From Acinetobacter wanghuae (GTDB taxonomy: Bacteria; Pseudomonadota; Gammaproteobacteria; Pseudomonadales; Moraxellaceae), in NCBI RefSeq assembly GCF_009557235.1, contig NZ_CP045650.1, forward strand, positions 90,001 through 122,000: 32,000 bases of DNA, given 5' to 3'. Position 1 is the stretch's first letter; each line of letters begins with the position of its first letter. Made by a program: the position numbers and the translations under genes. Under the pieces are notes generated by a model. It worked only from the letters and a program-made list of their open reading frames with translations, was not told where the DNA came from and did not search any database. Positions 1-8,580 of the stretch are shown here, piece after piece.

Positions 1-286
1 GTAGACTTGGCGCAACTAAACTATTGCCATAATGGAAAATAATGTCATAAGACATTTGGTAGAGCTTGGTCATATAAGGAACATTTTGAATTTTTTTCGA
101 GCTTTGCTCGCTAAAGCCAAACAGACTCATCAAAATTTCACGCTGAATGGTCTTGATCAGTTCTTGCACCACATCACTAAAACGTAAAGTGACCAATTGC
201 GCCATACCTTCAAGTAAATCAGCTTGGCTGGGCGGGGTACGATCCCACTTACAATAGGTCTCATGCAACGGGGTTAAGCTTGGCAT
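1..286 (-). CDS. hypothetical protein, N-terminal part only (ORF runs off the left edge)
   Basis: Hand translation of the minus strand from the ATG (complement of 284-286) gives an open frame, MPSLTPLHETYCKWDRTPPSQADLLEGMAQLVTLRFSDVVQELIKTIQREILMSLFGFSEQ..., that continues to position 1. It is absent from the ORF track, probably because the window edge truncates it. No family recognised. Confidence 0.5.
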   Translation of the reverse strand, partial: MPSLTPLHETYCKWDRTPPSQADLLEGMAQLVTLRFSDVVQELIKTIQREILMSLFGFSEQSSKKIQNVPYMTKLYQMSYDIIFHYGNSLVAPSL

Positions 287-525
287 TGTTCCTATCCCTT
301 CAATGGACCGCTTCACCGACATCTTTCTTTTTTGAGGTGATCGCGGTATAAATTCTTATGATCTGTGATAGTTCTCAGAATACTTTTAAAATACCGAGAA
401 TTGCAGCATTGCTATCAGGATCTTGTCTAACAATGTGGCGATTAAAATAAATTGAATGAATGTGATCTATGTCTCATTTATAAAATAGATTTTGATCATT
501 TCCTATACTTTTTTGTTATCAGTCG

Positions 526-1119
526 ATGAATGTCATTTATTTGCATGGCTTTAAAAGTAGTGCGCTGTCTATAAAAGGGCAGTTACTTGAAAAATATTGT
601 TCGAATAATCCGAATATTAATGTGCATTTGCCCGATTTAAACCAATCACCGCTGCATGTGATTGACCAGTTATCCAGTTTAATCGAGTCGATGAATGACG
701 TGGCATTGGTCGGCAGTAGCCTTGGTGGCTTTTATGCGACACATTTGGTCGCGAAGCATCATGTGCCGGCTGTACTGATTAATCCAGCAATGCGACCATG
801 GCAATTGTTCCGCGAACTCTTTGATGAGGTATTGCCTTATCAAGTTCATCCAAATTGGTGCTTGGATGATTCAGATCTTGACCAACTCGAACAATTGGCC
901 CTGCCAACTGCACAAGATGCAGACAAAATTTTAGTGCTATTGCAACAAGGCGATGAAGTTTTGGATTATCGTGAAGCACATCGCTATTATAGTGATGCTC
1001 GTCCACCTGCGATGATGATGACGGAAGCGCATGGTAATCATGGTATGGACGATTTTGCGGAGAAAATTCCGCTTGTTTTACAGTTTTTATTGGACTGCAT
1101 AAAAAAGGAAACCGAATAA
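526..1119 (+). CDS. yqiA: YqiA-family esterase (alpha/beta hydrolase, UPF0227)
   Basis: 197-aa ORF with N-terminus MNVIYLHGFKSS and a G-x-S-x-G nucleophile elbow (GSSLGG). It sits immediately upstream of parE, as in the enterobacterial yqiA-parE arrangement. Confidence 0.8.
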   Translation: MNVIYLHGFKSSALSIKGQLLEKYCSNNPNINVHLPDLNQSPLHVIDQLSSLIESMNDVALVGSSLGGFYATHLVAKHHVPAVLINPAMRPWQLFRELFDEVLPYQVHPNWCLDDSDLDQLEQLALPTAQDADKILVLLQQGDEVLDYREAHRYYSDARPPAMMMTEAHGNHGMDDFAEKIPLVLQFLLDCIKKETE

Positions 1120-1120
1120 C

Positions 1121-3001
1121 GTGTCTCAATATACGGCTCAATCTCTTGAAGTTTTATCTGGTTTAGATCCGGTGCGTCGTCGCCCGGGCATGTATACCGA
1201 TACCACTCGTCCGAACCACTTGGCACAGGAAGTAATTGATAATGCAGTCGATGAGGCACTTGCGGGACATGCCAACAAAATTACCGTGATTGTCTATAAA
1301 GACGGGTCATTGTCGGTTGAAGACAATGGTCGTGGTATGCCTGTTGATATTCATCCGGAATATGGTCAAAGCGGTATCGAAATTATTCTGACTAAACTGC
1401 ATGCCGGCGGTAAATTTAGCACCGACAACTACCAATTCTCAGGTGGTTTGCATGGTGTGGGTATCTCCGTCGTTAATGCCTTGTCGACCCGTGTGGAAGT
1501 TGCGGTACAGCGTCAGGGTAATCTATATAAAATGAACTTTGAGCAAGGTGAGCCGACAGCACCGCTTGAAGTTTTAGAAGGCAAATGTGCGAAACGTGCT
1601 ACAGGTACAACTGTCCATTTTTGGCCTGAAGCGAAATATTTTGATTCACCAAAATTCGCCTTAAAAGCCTTAAAACACAATCTGAAAGCCAAAGCCGTTT
1701 TAGCGGCAGGTCTGCAAATTAACTATGTCGATCAAATCAACGATGAGAAGATCACATGGCAGTTTGAAAATGGTTTAGTCGACTATTTGATGGACGAAAT
1801 GCAAGACCGCGAAATTATTCCGGCACCTGCATTTGTGGCAACGGGTGATGCAGACCGTGCCAGTGCTGAATTTGCCATTTGTTGGAATGTCGAAGGCGGT
1901 GAAAGTATTCAGGAATCTTATGTCAATTTGATTCCAACGGCGCAAGGCGGTACGCACGTCAATGGTTTACGCTCAGGTGTCACCGATGCCATGCGTGAAT
2001 TTTGTGAATTGCGTAATTTATTACCGCGTAATCTTAAACTCTCAGCAGAAGATGTCTGGGATGGTGTGAACTATATTTTGTCACTTAAGTTTCAAGAGCC
2101 GCAGTTCTCGGGACAAACCAAAGAACGTCTTTCAAGCCGTGAAGCCTCAGGCGTGATGCTGAATATTGCTAAAGATGCTTTTGCACTCTGGCTGAACCAA
2201 AACTCTGACATTGCCATGCAATTGGCAGAAATGGCAATTTCTAAAGCTGGTCGTCGTTTAAAAGCCGCTAAAAAAGTGGAACGTAAAAAGATTGTTGCAG
2301 GTCCAACTTTACCGGGTAAATTATCTGATTGTGTGGGGCATGACCTCGATCAATCAGAGTTGTTTATTGTGGAAGGCGACTCGGCAGGCGGTTCAGCGAA
2401 GCAAGCACGTGATAAAAATTTCCAAGCCATCATGCCGATTCGCGGTAAAATTTTAAATACTTGGGAAGTGGCATCTGATGAAGTGTTGGCATCGCAAGAA
2501 GTACATAATATTGCGATTGCGATTGGTGTCGATCCCGGTTCAGACGATCTTTCAGAACTGCGTTACGGTAAAATTTGTATTTTAGCCGATGCCGATTCAG
2601 ATGGTCTGCATATTGCGACCTTGCTCTGTGCTTTGTTTGTGAAGCATTTCCCAAGTTTGGTCGAAGAAGGACATTTGTTTGTCGCAATGCCGCCATTGTT
2701 CCGAATTGATGACAACAAAGACGTGCATTATGCTTTGGATGAAGATGAACTCAATGGCATTTTGAAAAAATGCAAAACCAAGAATCCGCAGATTACCCGA
2801 TTTAAAGGTCTGGGCGAGATGAATGCGAGTCAATTGCGTGAAACGACTTTAGATCCAAATACCCGTCGTTTAGTGCAATTGGACTTGGATGACATGCAAT
2901 TTACTTCAGGCTTACTGGATAAATTGCTTGCCAAGAAACGTGCCAGTGACCGTAAAGAATGGTTAGAGCAAAAAGGTAATTTGGCAGATTTAGTGGTTTA
3001 G
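1121..3001 (+). CDS. parE: DNA topoisomerase IV subunit B
   Basis: 626-aa ORF starting at GTG, two nt after the yqiA stop. It has GHKL ATPase motifs (EVIDNAVDEA, DNGRGMP, GGLHGVG), TOPRIM motifs (EGDSAGGSA, DADSDGLHI) and KGLGEMN. The length (no long GyrB-type insertion) and the yqiA linkage favour ParE over GyrB. Confidence 0.93.
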   Translation: MSQYTAQSLEVLSGLDPVRRRPGMYTDTTRPNHLAQEVIDNAVDEALAGHANKITVIVYKDGSLSVEDNGRGMPVDIHPEYGQSGIEIILTKLHAGGKFSTDNYQFSGGLHGVGISVVNALSTRVEVAVQRQGNLYKMNFEQGEPTAPLEVLEGKCAKRATGTTVHFWPEAKYFDSPKFALKALKHNLKAKAVLAAGLQINYVDQINDEKITWQFENGLVDYLMDEMQDREIIPAPAFVATGDADRASAEFAICWNVEGGESIQESYVNLIPTAQGGTHVNGLRSGVTDAMREFCELRNLLPRNLKLSAEDVWDGVNYILSLKFQEPQFSGQTKERLSSREASGVMLNIAKDAFALWLNQNSDIAMQLAEMAISKAGRRLKAAKKVERKKIVAGPTLPGKLSDCVGHDLDQSELFIVEGDSAGGSAKQARDKNFQAIMPIRGKILNTWEVASDEVLASQEVHNIAIAIGVDPGSDDLSELRYGKICILADADSDGLHIATLLCALFVKHFPSLVEEGHLFVAMPPLFRIDDNKDVHYALDEDELNGILKKCKTKNPQITRFKGLGEMNASQLRETTLDPNTRRLVQLDLDDMQFTSGLLDKLLAKKRASDRKEWLEQKGNLADLVV

Positions 3002-3020
3002 AAAGCGGAATCTTTCGTAT

Positions 3021-3049
3021 AAAAAAGCCCGCACAATGCGGGCTTTTTT
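3021..3049. terminator. bidirectional intrinsic terminator between convergent parE and fmdB
   Basis: AAAAAAGCCCGCA-caa-TGCGGGCTTTTTT: a GC-rich perfect stem flanked by an A-run and a T-run. Confidence 0.85.
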
Positions 3050-3058
3050 GTCTTGGGA

Positions 3059-3355
3059 TTAGACATCGCATAAAGAACAATTTACACCGCGGCAATTATG
3101 TAAAACGGAGCTGCGTGCGCTATTTTTAGTGGTTCCCGGACCTTCAACTAAAGGACCTGCCAGTTGTTCAGCACCTGAACCGGGGCGCCATTTTGTTTTC
3201 ATATTAATTTGTTGATGACCAGTGATCATCGGTTTTGCCAAAGTTTGCTGCTGACAATAACTACATTCAATCGTATCTGTTGAAATGCGAGCAATCGGTA
3301 CACGCTGTTCAAAAATCCCCTCGCAATGTTCACAGCGGAAATCGTATAACGGCAT
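3059..3355 (-). CDS. fmdB: FmdB-family zinc-ribbon putative regulatory protein
   Basis: 98 aa with a CxxC...CxxC ribbon at the N-terminus (YDFRCEHCEG ... ECSYCQ). It lies directly downstream of a formamidase gene, as with fmdA-fmdB of Methylophilus. Confidence 0.75.
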   Translation of the reverse strand: MPLYDFRCEHCEGIFEQRVPIARISTDTIECSYCQQQTLAKPMITGHQQINMKTKWRPGSGAEQLAGPLVEGPGTTKNSARSSVLHNCRGVNCSLCDV

Positions 3356-3383
3356 TTCTGTACTCCTGTACCTTGAGCATTTT

Positions 3384-3431
3384 AAAATAAAAAGCCGAGT
3401 AGCCTAAGGCTTTGGAACGGTGGCTACTCGG
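3384..3431 (-). terminator. intrinsic terminator/attenuator between fmdA and fmdB
   Basis: On the minus strand, a 10-bp stem (plus-strand arms CCGAGTAGCC 3395-3404 and GGCTACTCGG 3422-3431) with a 17-nt loop, followed by UUUUUAUUUU (complement of 3384-3393). Confidence 0.6.
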
Positions 3432-3460
3432 TGCGAAGCTTGTTTATAACTGGTTAGAGA

Positions 3461-4639
3461 TTAACGTCTGCGTCCCCAGAATTTATCATCATTGAGTGCA
3501 CCTTTAGGCAAGATGTCTTGCTCAAAGATCGAGGTCGGTAAAGACACCGTACATGCACAGTTTGGAATATCTACGATACCGCCGATACGACCTTCAACAG
3601 GTGCAGCAGTCAGCAGCATGTAAGCTTGAGAACCTGTAAAACCAAAGTTTTCAAGATATTTAATCGCTTTCAAACACGCTTGACGGTAGGCAACAGTTGC
3701 ATCTAAATAGTAGTTCACGTCATTTTCAACGCTAATACCTTCAAACGTTAACCATTGGTCATAGTTTGGTTTCACATTACTTGGCACAAAGATTGGAGAA
3801 TCGATGTTGTATTTCGCCATCCCGCCTTTGATCAGGTCAAAGCCAACACGGGTTACACCGTCCATTTCAATGGCACCACAGAAACCGATTTCGCCATCCC
3901 CTTGTGAGAAGTGAAGGTCACCCATCGAGAAGCCGGCGCCCTTTTGGTAAACAGGGAAGTAGATTCGGCTACCTGCGGCTAAATCTTTAATATCGGTATT
4001 ACCCCCATGTTCACGTGGCGGTACAGTACGTGCAGCTTCTGCCGCCATACGATCAAATTCAGCACCCGATACACCGCGAAGCACCGCAGTACGTGGATCA
4101 GGCGGGTTGGCTTGACCTTTAGGGACAAGTAAAGCTTCACGACGATTCCATTCTTTTAATAAGTCATGAGATGGCAGCGTACCCATTAAACCCGGGTGCT
4201 TTAAGCCTGCAATACGAACGCCTGGAATGTGACGTGAGGTTGCGAACAAACCTTTTAAATCCCAGATCGCTTTATCAGCTTCAGGGAAATAATCTGCAAG
4301 GAAGCCGCCACCGTTTTCTTTGGCAAATACACCCGAGAAACCAACATCTGAAATGGGTTGAATATCGAGTAGGTCGATTACCAATAAGTCACCTGGTTCA
4401 GCGCCTTCCACATAGAAAGGTCCTGTCAGGGGATGCGCACGTGTTAAATCGACATTTTTAACATCAGAAACATCATCTGTATCTTTAATTTGGGCATCAA
4501 GGAAGTCCAAACTTTCAATCAGAATCTCTTCCCCTGGCTTTACAGAAGTCAAAAACGGCAAATCAGGATGCCAACGGTTATGACCAATCTCCGCTTGTTC
4601 AGCCAGCGGAACCCCCGGTTTAATTTTGATGTGTTGCAT
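3461..4639 (-). CDS. fmdA: formamidase / acetamidase-family amidohydrolase
   Basis: 392-aa ORF. Acetamidase/formamidase-family signatures seen by eye (HNRWHPDLP near the N-terminus, REHGGNTDIKDL). It sits with fmdB and an amide/urea ABC importer. Confidence 0.85.
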   Translation of the reverse strand: MQHIKIKPGVPLAEQAEIGHNRWHPDLPFLTSVKPGEEILIESLDFLDAQIKDTDDVSDVKNVDLTRAHPLTGPFYVEGAEPGDLLVIDLLDIQPISDVGFSGVFAKENGGGFLADYFPEADKAIWDLKGLFATSRHIPGVRIAGLKHPGLMGTLPSHDLLKEWNRREALLVPKGQANPPDPRTAVLRGVSGAEFDRMAAEAARTVPPREHGGNTDIKDLAAGSRIYFPVYQKGAGFSMGDLHFSQGDGEIGFCGAIEMDGVTRVGFDLIKGGMAKYNIDSPIFVPSNVKPNYDQWLTFEGISVENDVNYYLDATVAYRQACLKAIKYLENFGFTGSQAYMLLTAAPVEGRIGGIVDIPNCACTVSLPTSIFEQDILPKGALNDDKFWGRRR

Positions 4640-4670
4640 GTTCCCATCCCCTATGTGAGGTCAAATAAAT

Positions 4671-5795
4671 TTAGTTTTTGCTGTTATCGTCTGTACCGTT
4701 GTTGTGTGAAGTGCTGTCTTCAACTTCCTTGACATGCTCAATGGCACGGACATTTATTCCTTGGGCATCACAATCAATAATGATGTGACTTGCTTCAGGG
4801 TGTTGGATAAAAAATTTGGCTAATTTGGGTTCAACTAAAACACGGAAACGGCGACCTAGTCCGCGTGCGCCAAAACGGACATCATGTCCAGTCGATAAAA
4901 ATGCATTGGCTGTTGCGGTCAGCTCAATGGTTCGACTTTGTTTACGTAAACGGTGATTGAGTTTCTCAACTTCTAAATCGACTAAGGTGCCTGCAAAGTC
5001 AGCTTCGACCGCTTGGTAATGCAAGATTCGTTCGATACGGTTTAAAAACTCAGGATCAAATTTCTTATGCAGTGCTTTATTGGTAATTTCGCTGTCATCG
5101 AGTTTGCTAAAACGTGCCAATTTTTGCAGTGGCTTCGGTAGTTTTGCCAATTGCTTTAAACGTGTCTGCGCATCTTTCGCGCCGACATTACTGGTCATAA
5201 AGATCATGCAGTTTTTAAAGTCGAGAACTTTGGTTCCTGCGGTGAGTTTTAGTGTTCCTGTTTCTAAAACATTCATTAAACCGCGAATCACTTCGGTACT
5301 GGCTTTTTCAATTTCATCAAACAGTACAATGCCGGGTTTTGAAAAACTGCCTTGAATGGCGGCTTCATCAAAAAGTGTATTGCCTTCTTTAGAACCGACA
5401 TAACCTGGAGGTGCACCTGTAAGGGCTGCTGCATAATGTTCTTGTGCCAAAGTGTTCATATCAATTCGGCAAAACGCATCAGGTTTACCGTGAATGGCTT
5501 CTGCAATCAGGCGTACAGTTTCGGTTTTACCGACACCTGTTGGACCAAGCATTAAAGTGACCGATAGTGGTCGATTGGGTGAGTTAAAGTCAGCTTTAAC
5601 CGTCACCAACATATTTTCAATTTCGTCCAACGCTTCGCTTTGTCCAATGATTCGGTCACGCACATGCTGCATGACCAAATCTGGATCAAAACTAAAGCGA
5701 GAGGTACGTGCAATACGTTCTTTGCTTTGCATCTCGTAACGTTGCTTGGCCAAAGTCTCTTGGTTGGCGCTGATGCGGTCACTGGCAAATGTCAT
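4671..5795 (-). CDS. amiB: AAA+ ATPase, ClpA/ClpB D2-like (AmiB-like)
   Basis: 374 aa with Walker A GPTGVGKTE, Walker B IVLFDEIEKA and a sensor/arginine region FGARGLGRR. GGAGG RBS before the ATG. Its position right after amiE and its size parallel amiB of the Pseudomonas aeruginosa amiEBCRS operon. Confidence 0.75.
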   Translation of the reverse strand: MTFASDRISANQETLAKQRYEMQSKERIARTSRFSFDPDLVMQHVRDRIIGQSEALDEIENMLVTVKADFNSPNRPLSVTLMLGPTGVGKTETVRLIAEAIHGKPDAFCRIDMNTLAQEHYAAALTGAPPGYVGSKEGNTLFDEAAIQGSFSKPGIVLFDEIEKASTEVIRGLMNVLETGTLKLTAGTKVLDFKNCMIFMTSNVGAKDAQTRLKQLAKLPKPLQKLARFSKLDDSEITNKALHKKFDPEFLNRIERILHYQAVEADFAGTLVDLEVEKLNHRLRKQSRTIELTATANAFLSTGHDVRFGARGLGRRFRVLVEPKLAKFFIQHPEASHIIIDCDAQGINVRAIEHVKEVEDSTSHNNGTDDNSKN

Positions 5796-5826
5796 GTTGA
5801 GTACCTCCTACTACTACACAAGTGAA

Positions 5827-6870
5827 TTAAGATGCTTCTTTTTCTAAACCTTCATGGGGTAAATTCCCGATCGGGCATTCCGCAACACCAATGGTTGAAC
5901 GGGTGATTTTCTCCACATCTTCTTGTGCTTTTTGCGCATCCAAGACCCAAGTTTTGTAGAAATCAAATGGGCAGTCTGCAACGCCTTTATCACCATCACC
6001 GTTGGTATGAACGCCTGTGTAGCCACGGTGTAAGAGTTTGAATAAATGGTTTTGTGATTGATCGTATTTACGTGCGTCACGAATTTCGTGTAGTGACAAT
6101 TGCGCGTATTGGATGCCGTTTTCTTCTGTGCCACATTCACCTAGCGTACGACCATCGAAGCCAATTACAGATGAATGACCGAAGTAAGTGTAAACGCCGT
6201 CAAAGCCTGTACAGTTCGCGACAGCAACATAGACGTTATTTGCCCATGCCATACTTTTTGACATATTCACTTGCTGTTCTGCGGCAGGGTACATATAGCC
6301 TTGGCAACGCACCACAAGCTCCGCACCTTTCATCGCGCAGTCACGCCAAATTTCAGGGTAGTTACCATCGTCACAAATGATCAGTGACATCTTGATGCCT
6401 TTCGGACCTTCAGTCACATAAGTGGTATCGCCTGGGCACCAACCTTCAATTGGGCACCACGGAATAATTTTGCGATATTTTTGAACGATTTCACCTTTGT
6501 TATTAATCAAGATTAAGGTGTTATAAGGCACTTTATTTGGGTGTTCTTCGTGTTGTTCACCTGTAATTGAGAACACGCCCCATACATTGGCTTCAATACA
6601 TGCTTGAGAGAAAATTGCAGTTTCATCACCCGGAATGGTGGCAGCGGTTGTCATCATTTCATCATGGTCGTACATAATGCCCATGGTGCTATATTCAGGG
6701 AAAACAATCAGGTCCATACCTGGAATACCTTGTTTAATCCCTTTCATCATTTCAGCAATTTTTTTTGCGTTCTCAAGAACTTCGGCTTTGGTGTGTAAAC
6801 GCGGAATCTTGTAGTTTACAACTGCTACACCCACTGTATTTGGACTACTTGAGATATCACCATGACGCAT
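5827..6870 (-). CDS. amiE: aliphatic amidase (nitrilase superfamily)
   Basis: 347 aa. It begins [21 protein letters not shown] and has the catalytic Cys context [11 protein letters not shown] and Glu context FPEYS. This closely resembles AmiE of Pseudomonas/Helicobacter as I remember them. GGAGA RBS. Confidence 0.92.
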   Translation of the reverse strand: MRHGDISSSPNTVGVAVVNYKIPRLHTKAEVLENAKKIAEMMKGIKQGIPGMDLIVFPEYSTMGIMYDHDEMMTTAATIPGDETAIFSQACIEANVWGVFSITGEQHEEHPNKVPYNTLILINNKGEIVQKYRKIIPWCPIEGWCPGDTTYVTEGPKGIKMSLIICDDGNYPEIWRDCAMKGAELVVRCQGYMYPAAEQQVNMSKSMAWANNVYVAVANCTGFDGVYTYFGHSSVIGFDGRTLGECGTEENGIQYAQLSLHEIRDARKYDQSQNHLFKLLHRGYTGVHTNGDGDKGVADCPFDFYKTWVLDAQKAQEDVEKITRSTIGVAECPIGNLPHEGLEKEAS

Positions 6871-7050
6871 TTACATTCTCCAACTTCTTACATTTAAATC
6901 AAATCTATAGTCAGAGTGTTGCGTGAAATGCTGTTTTAAAAAATACGTTGAATTGCGTATATGAATGCGTATTTAAAGCTGATTTTTATGTGTGAATATT
7001 CTTGTAATTTGGAAATGATTGATGTAGAAAAATGATGCGATCATGCCATG

Positions 7051-7075
7051 AAAAAATCCCCCGACGAATCGAGGG
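7051..7075 (-). terminator. intrinsic terminator 38 nt downstream of urtE (UUCG tetraloop)
   Basis: Minus strand reads CCCUCGA-UUCG-UCGGGGG (7-bp stem with one G.U pair) followed by AUUUUUU. A second weak hairpin, AUGAU-CGC-AUCAU plus UUUUU, follows at about 7026-7043. Confidence 0.75.
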
Positions 7076-7113
7076 AGGGTGGAGAACATTACAGCCAAAT
7101 AAAACTCAAGATT

Positions 7114-7812
7114 TTACACAGATAGATATTTACTAATCGTGGTTTCATCTACATTGGCACGGATATCTTCATAAGCAAAACGTCCTTTATCAATTACTAA
7201 GAAGCGATCTGCCATGGCCATGGTGAAACTCAAGACCTGTTCAGAAACCACAATGGTCAAATCACGTTTATCTCGAATCTCTTTTAATGTTTTGGCAATG
7301 TCCTTGATGATTGAAGGTTGAATCCCTTCGGTTGGTTCATCTAAAAGAAGCACTTTAGGATTGGTTGCCAAAGCACGTGCAATCGCAAGCTGCTGCTGTT
7401 GACCACCTGATAAGTTACCACCTTTACGCTTACGCATATCCCAAAGCACAGGAAACAGTTCATACAGGTCATCGGGCACTTTACCGTGAGCAGAAGCAGG
7501 TAATCCTGTCTGGATATTTTCAAGTACAGACATGGTCGAGAAAATCATACGACCTTGCGGCACGTAAGCGACGCCATTTTCAACACGTTGGTAAGGATCA
7601 AGTTTCTCAAGATTCTTACCATCAAGCTTAATTTCACCTTTGGTATTTTTAATATCACCAATTAGGGTTTTAAACAGGGTGGTTTTACCCATACCGTTAC
7701 GACCCATGATCGCAACGATTTCTTTGGGCTGAATTTTAATATCAAGATCATGAATGACCTGACTTTGTTTATAACCTGAACACAAAGAATTTATTTCGAA
7801 TAATCCGCTCAT
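7114..7812 (-). CDS. urtE: urea/short-chain amide ABC transporter ATP-binding protein UrtE-like
   Basis: 232 aa with Walker A GRNGMGKTT, signature LSGGQQQQ and Walker B LLLDEP. It is LivF-like and is the last gene of a five-gene Urt-type importer. Confidence 0.85.
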   Translation of the reverse strand: MSGLFEINSLCSGYKQSQVIHDLDIKIQPKEIVAIMGRNGMGKTTLFKTLIGDIKNTKGEIKLDGKNLEKLDPYQRVENGVAYVPQGRMIFSTMSVLENIQTGLPASAHGKVPDDLYELFPVLWDMRKRKGGNLSGGQQQQLAIARALATNPKVLLLDEPTEGIQPSIIKDIAKTLKEIRDKRDLTIVVSEQVLSFTMAMADRFLVIDKGRFAYEDIRANVDETTISKYLSV

Positions 7813-7821
7813 ATGGCCTCC

Positions 7822-8580
7822 TTAGTGTCCTAGATAGACTTCAATCACTTTTGGATCATTTTGAACATCGTCCATTTTTCCTGCTGCCAAGATTCTACCT
7901 TGGTGAAGAACGGTCACTTTGTCTGCGATGGTTTTAACGAACTCCATATCGTGCTCAATCACGAGCACTGAACGTCCTTGGCTAATTTTTTTCAACAGTT
8001 GCGCGGTTTGTTCACGCTCTGAGACACTCATGCCTGCCACAGGTTCATCCAGCATCAAAAGTTCAGGATCTTGCATGAGTAACATACCAATTTCGAGCCA
8101 TTGCTTTTGACCATGAGACAGCAAACCTGCAGGCGTATCGAGTAAGTCAGTCAGAAAAATCATCCCTGCGACTTCCTGAATACGGTCTTCAACGTCTTTA
8201 GTTCGTTTAAAGAACAGCGCACCAAAGACATTACGACCACGCGGGAATGACATTTCTAAGTTGTCATACACTGATAGATTTTCGTAGATATTGGGGTTTT
8301 GGAATTTACGCCCCACACCCTTACGCACAATGTCGAACTCTTTGAGTTTGGTGAGTTCGATATCGTTGAATTTAATAGTGCCTGAAGTAGCTTTGGTTTT
8401 ACCGCAGATTAAATCCAGCACGGTGGTTTTGCCTGCACCGTTTGGTCCAATGACCACGTGTACTTCGTTTTTGTCCAAGTAGAAGTTAAGGTCGCTGACG
8501 GCTTTGAAGCCGTCAAATGAAACTGTGAGATCTTCAATGACAAGGACAGGTTTTGTCATTTCTACGCCGACTTTACTCAT
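7822..8580 (-). CDS. urtD: urea/short-chain amide ABC transporter ATP-binding protein UrtD-like
   Basis: 252 aa with Walker A GPNGAGKTT, signature LSHGQKQ and Walker B LMLDEP. Its start overlaps the urtC stop in an ATGA junction (8577-8580), which suggests translational coupling. Confidence 0.85.
   Translation of the reverse strand: MSKVGVEMTKPVLVIEDLTVSFDGFKAVSDLNFYLDKNEVHVVIGPNGAGKTTVLDLICGKTKATSGTIKFNDIELTKLKEFDIVRKGVGRKFQNPNIYENLSVYDNLEMSFPRGRNVFGALFFKRTKDVEDRIQEVAGMIFLTDLLDTPAGLLSHGQKQWLEIGMLLMQDPELLMLDEPVAGMSVSEREQTAQLLKKISQGRSVLVIEHDMEFVKTIADKVTVLHQGRILAAGKMDDVQNDPKVIEVYLGH

Noticed and set aside
779-1259. Minus-strand ORFs 779..1141 and 1038..1259, antisense to yqiA/parE
   Set aside because: They lie entirely inside well-supported genes on the opposite strand, have low-complexity or odd composition, and show no RBS. 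They are typical shadow ORFs. The same reasoning applies to 1775..1957, 2430..2696, 2597..2833, 2901..3095, 4171..4461, 4490..4732, 5080..5825 (several), 5844..6380, 6604..6798, 7341..7631, 7919..8482, 8837..9573, 11308..11769, 12286..12865, 13587..14053, 15113..15331, 15753..15944, 16767..17057, 18735..18938, 19933..20241, 20452..20682, 20868..21454, 21939..22139, 22872..23066, 24304..24567, 24990..25289, 25520..25789, 27755..27964, 28249..28518, 28937..29146, 30076..30354 and 30929..31192.
7030-7050. Possible sigma-54 promoter (TGGCAT...GCAT) on the minus strand upstream of amiE
   Set aside because: The GG-to-GC spacing is 9 nt, not the 12 nt offset of the TGGCAC-N5-TTGCW consensus.
6871-7113. 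AmiR/ANTAR-type antitermination of the amiE leader, as in Pseudomonas
   Set aside because: No ANTAR-domain protein and no AmiC homologue other than the transporter's binding protein is encoded in the window. The hairpin is therefore treated as a plain or unknown-factor terminator rather than an AmiR target.
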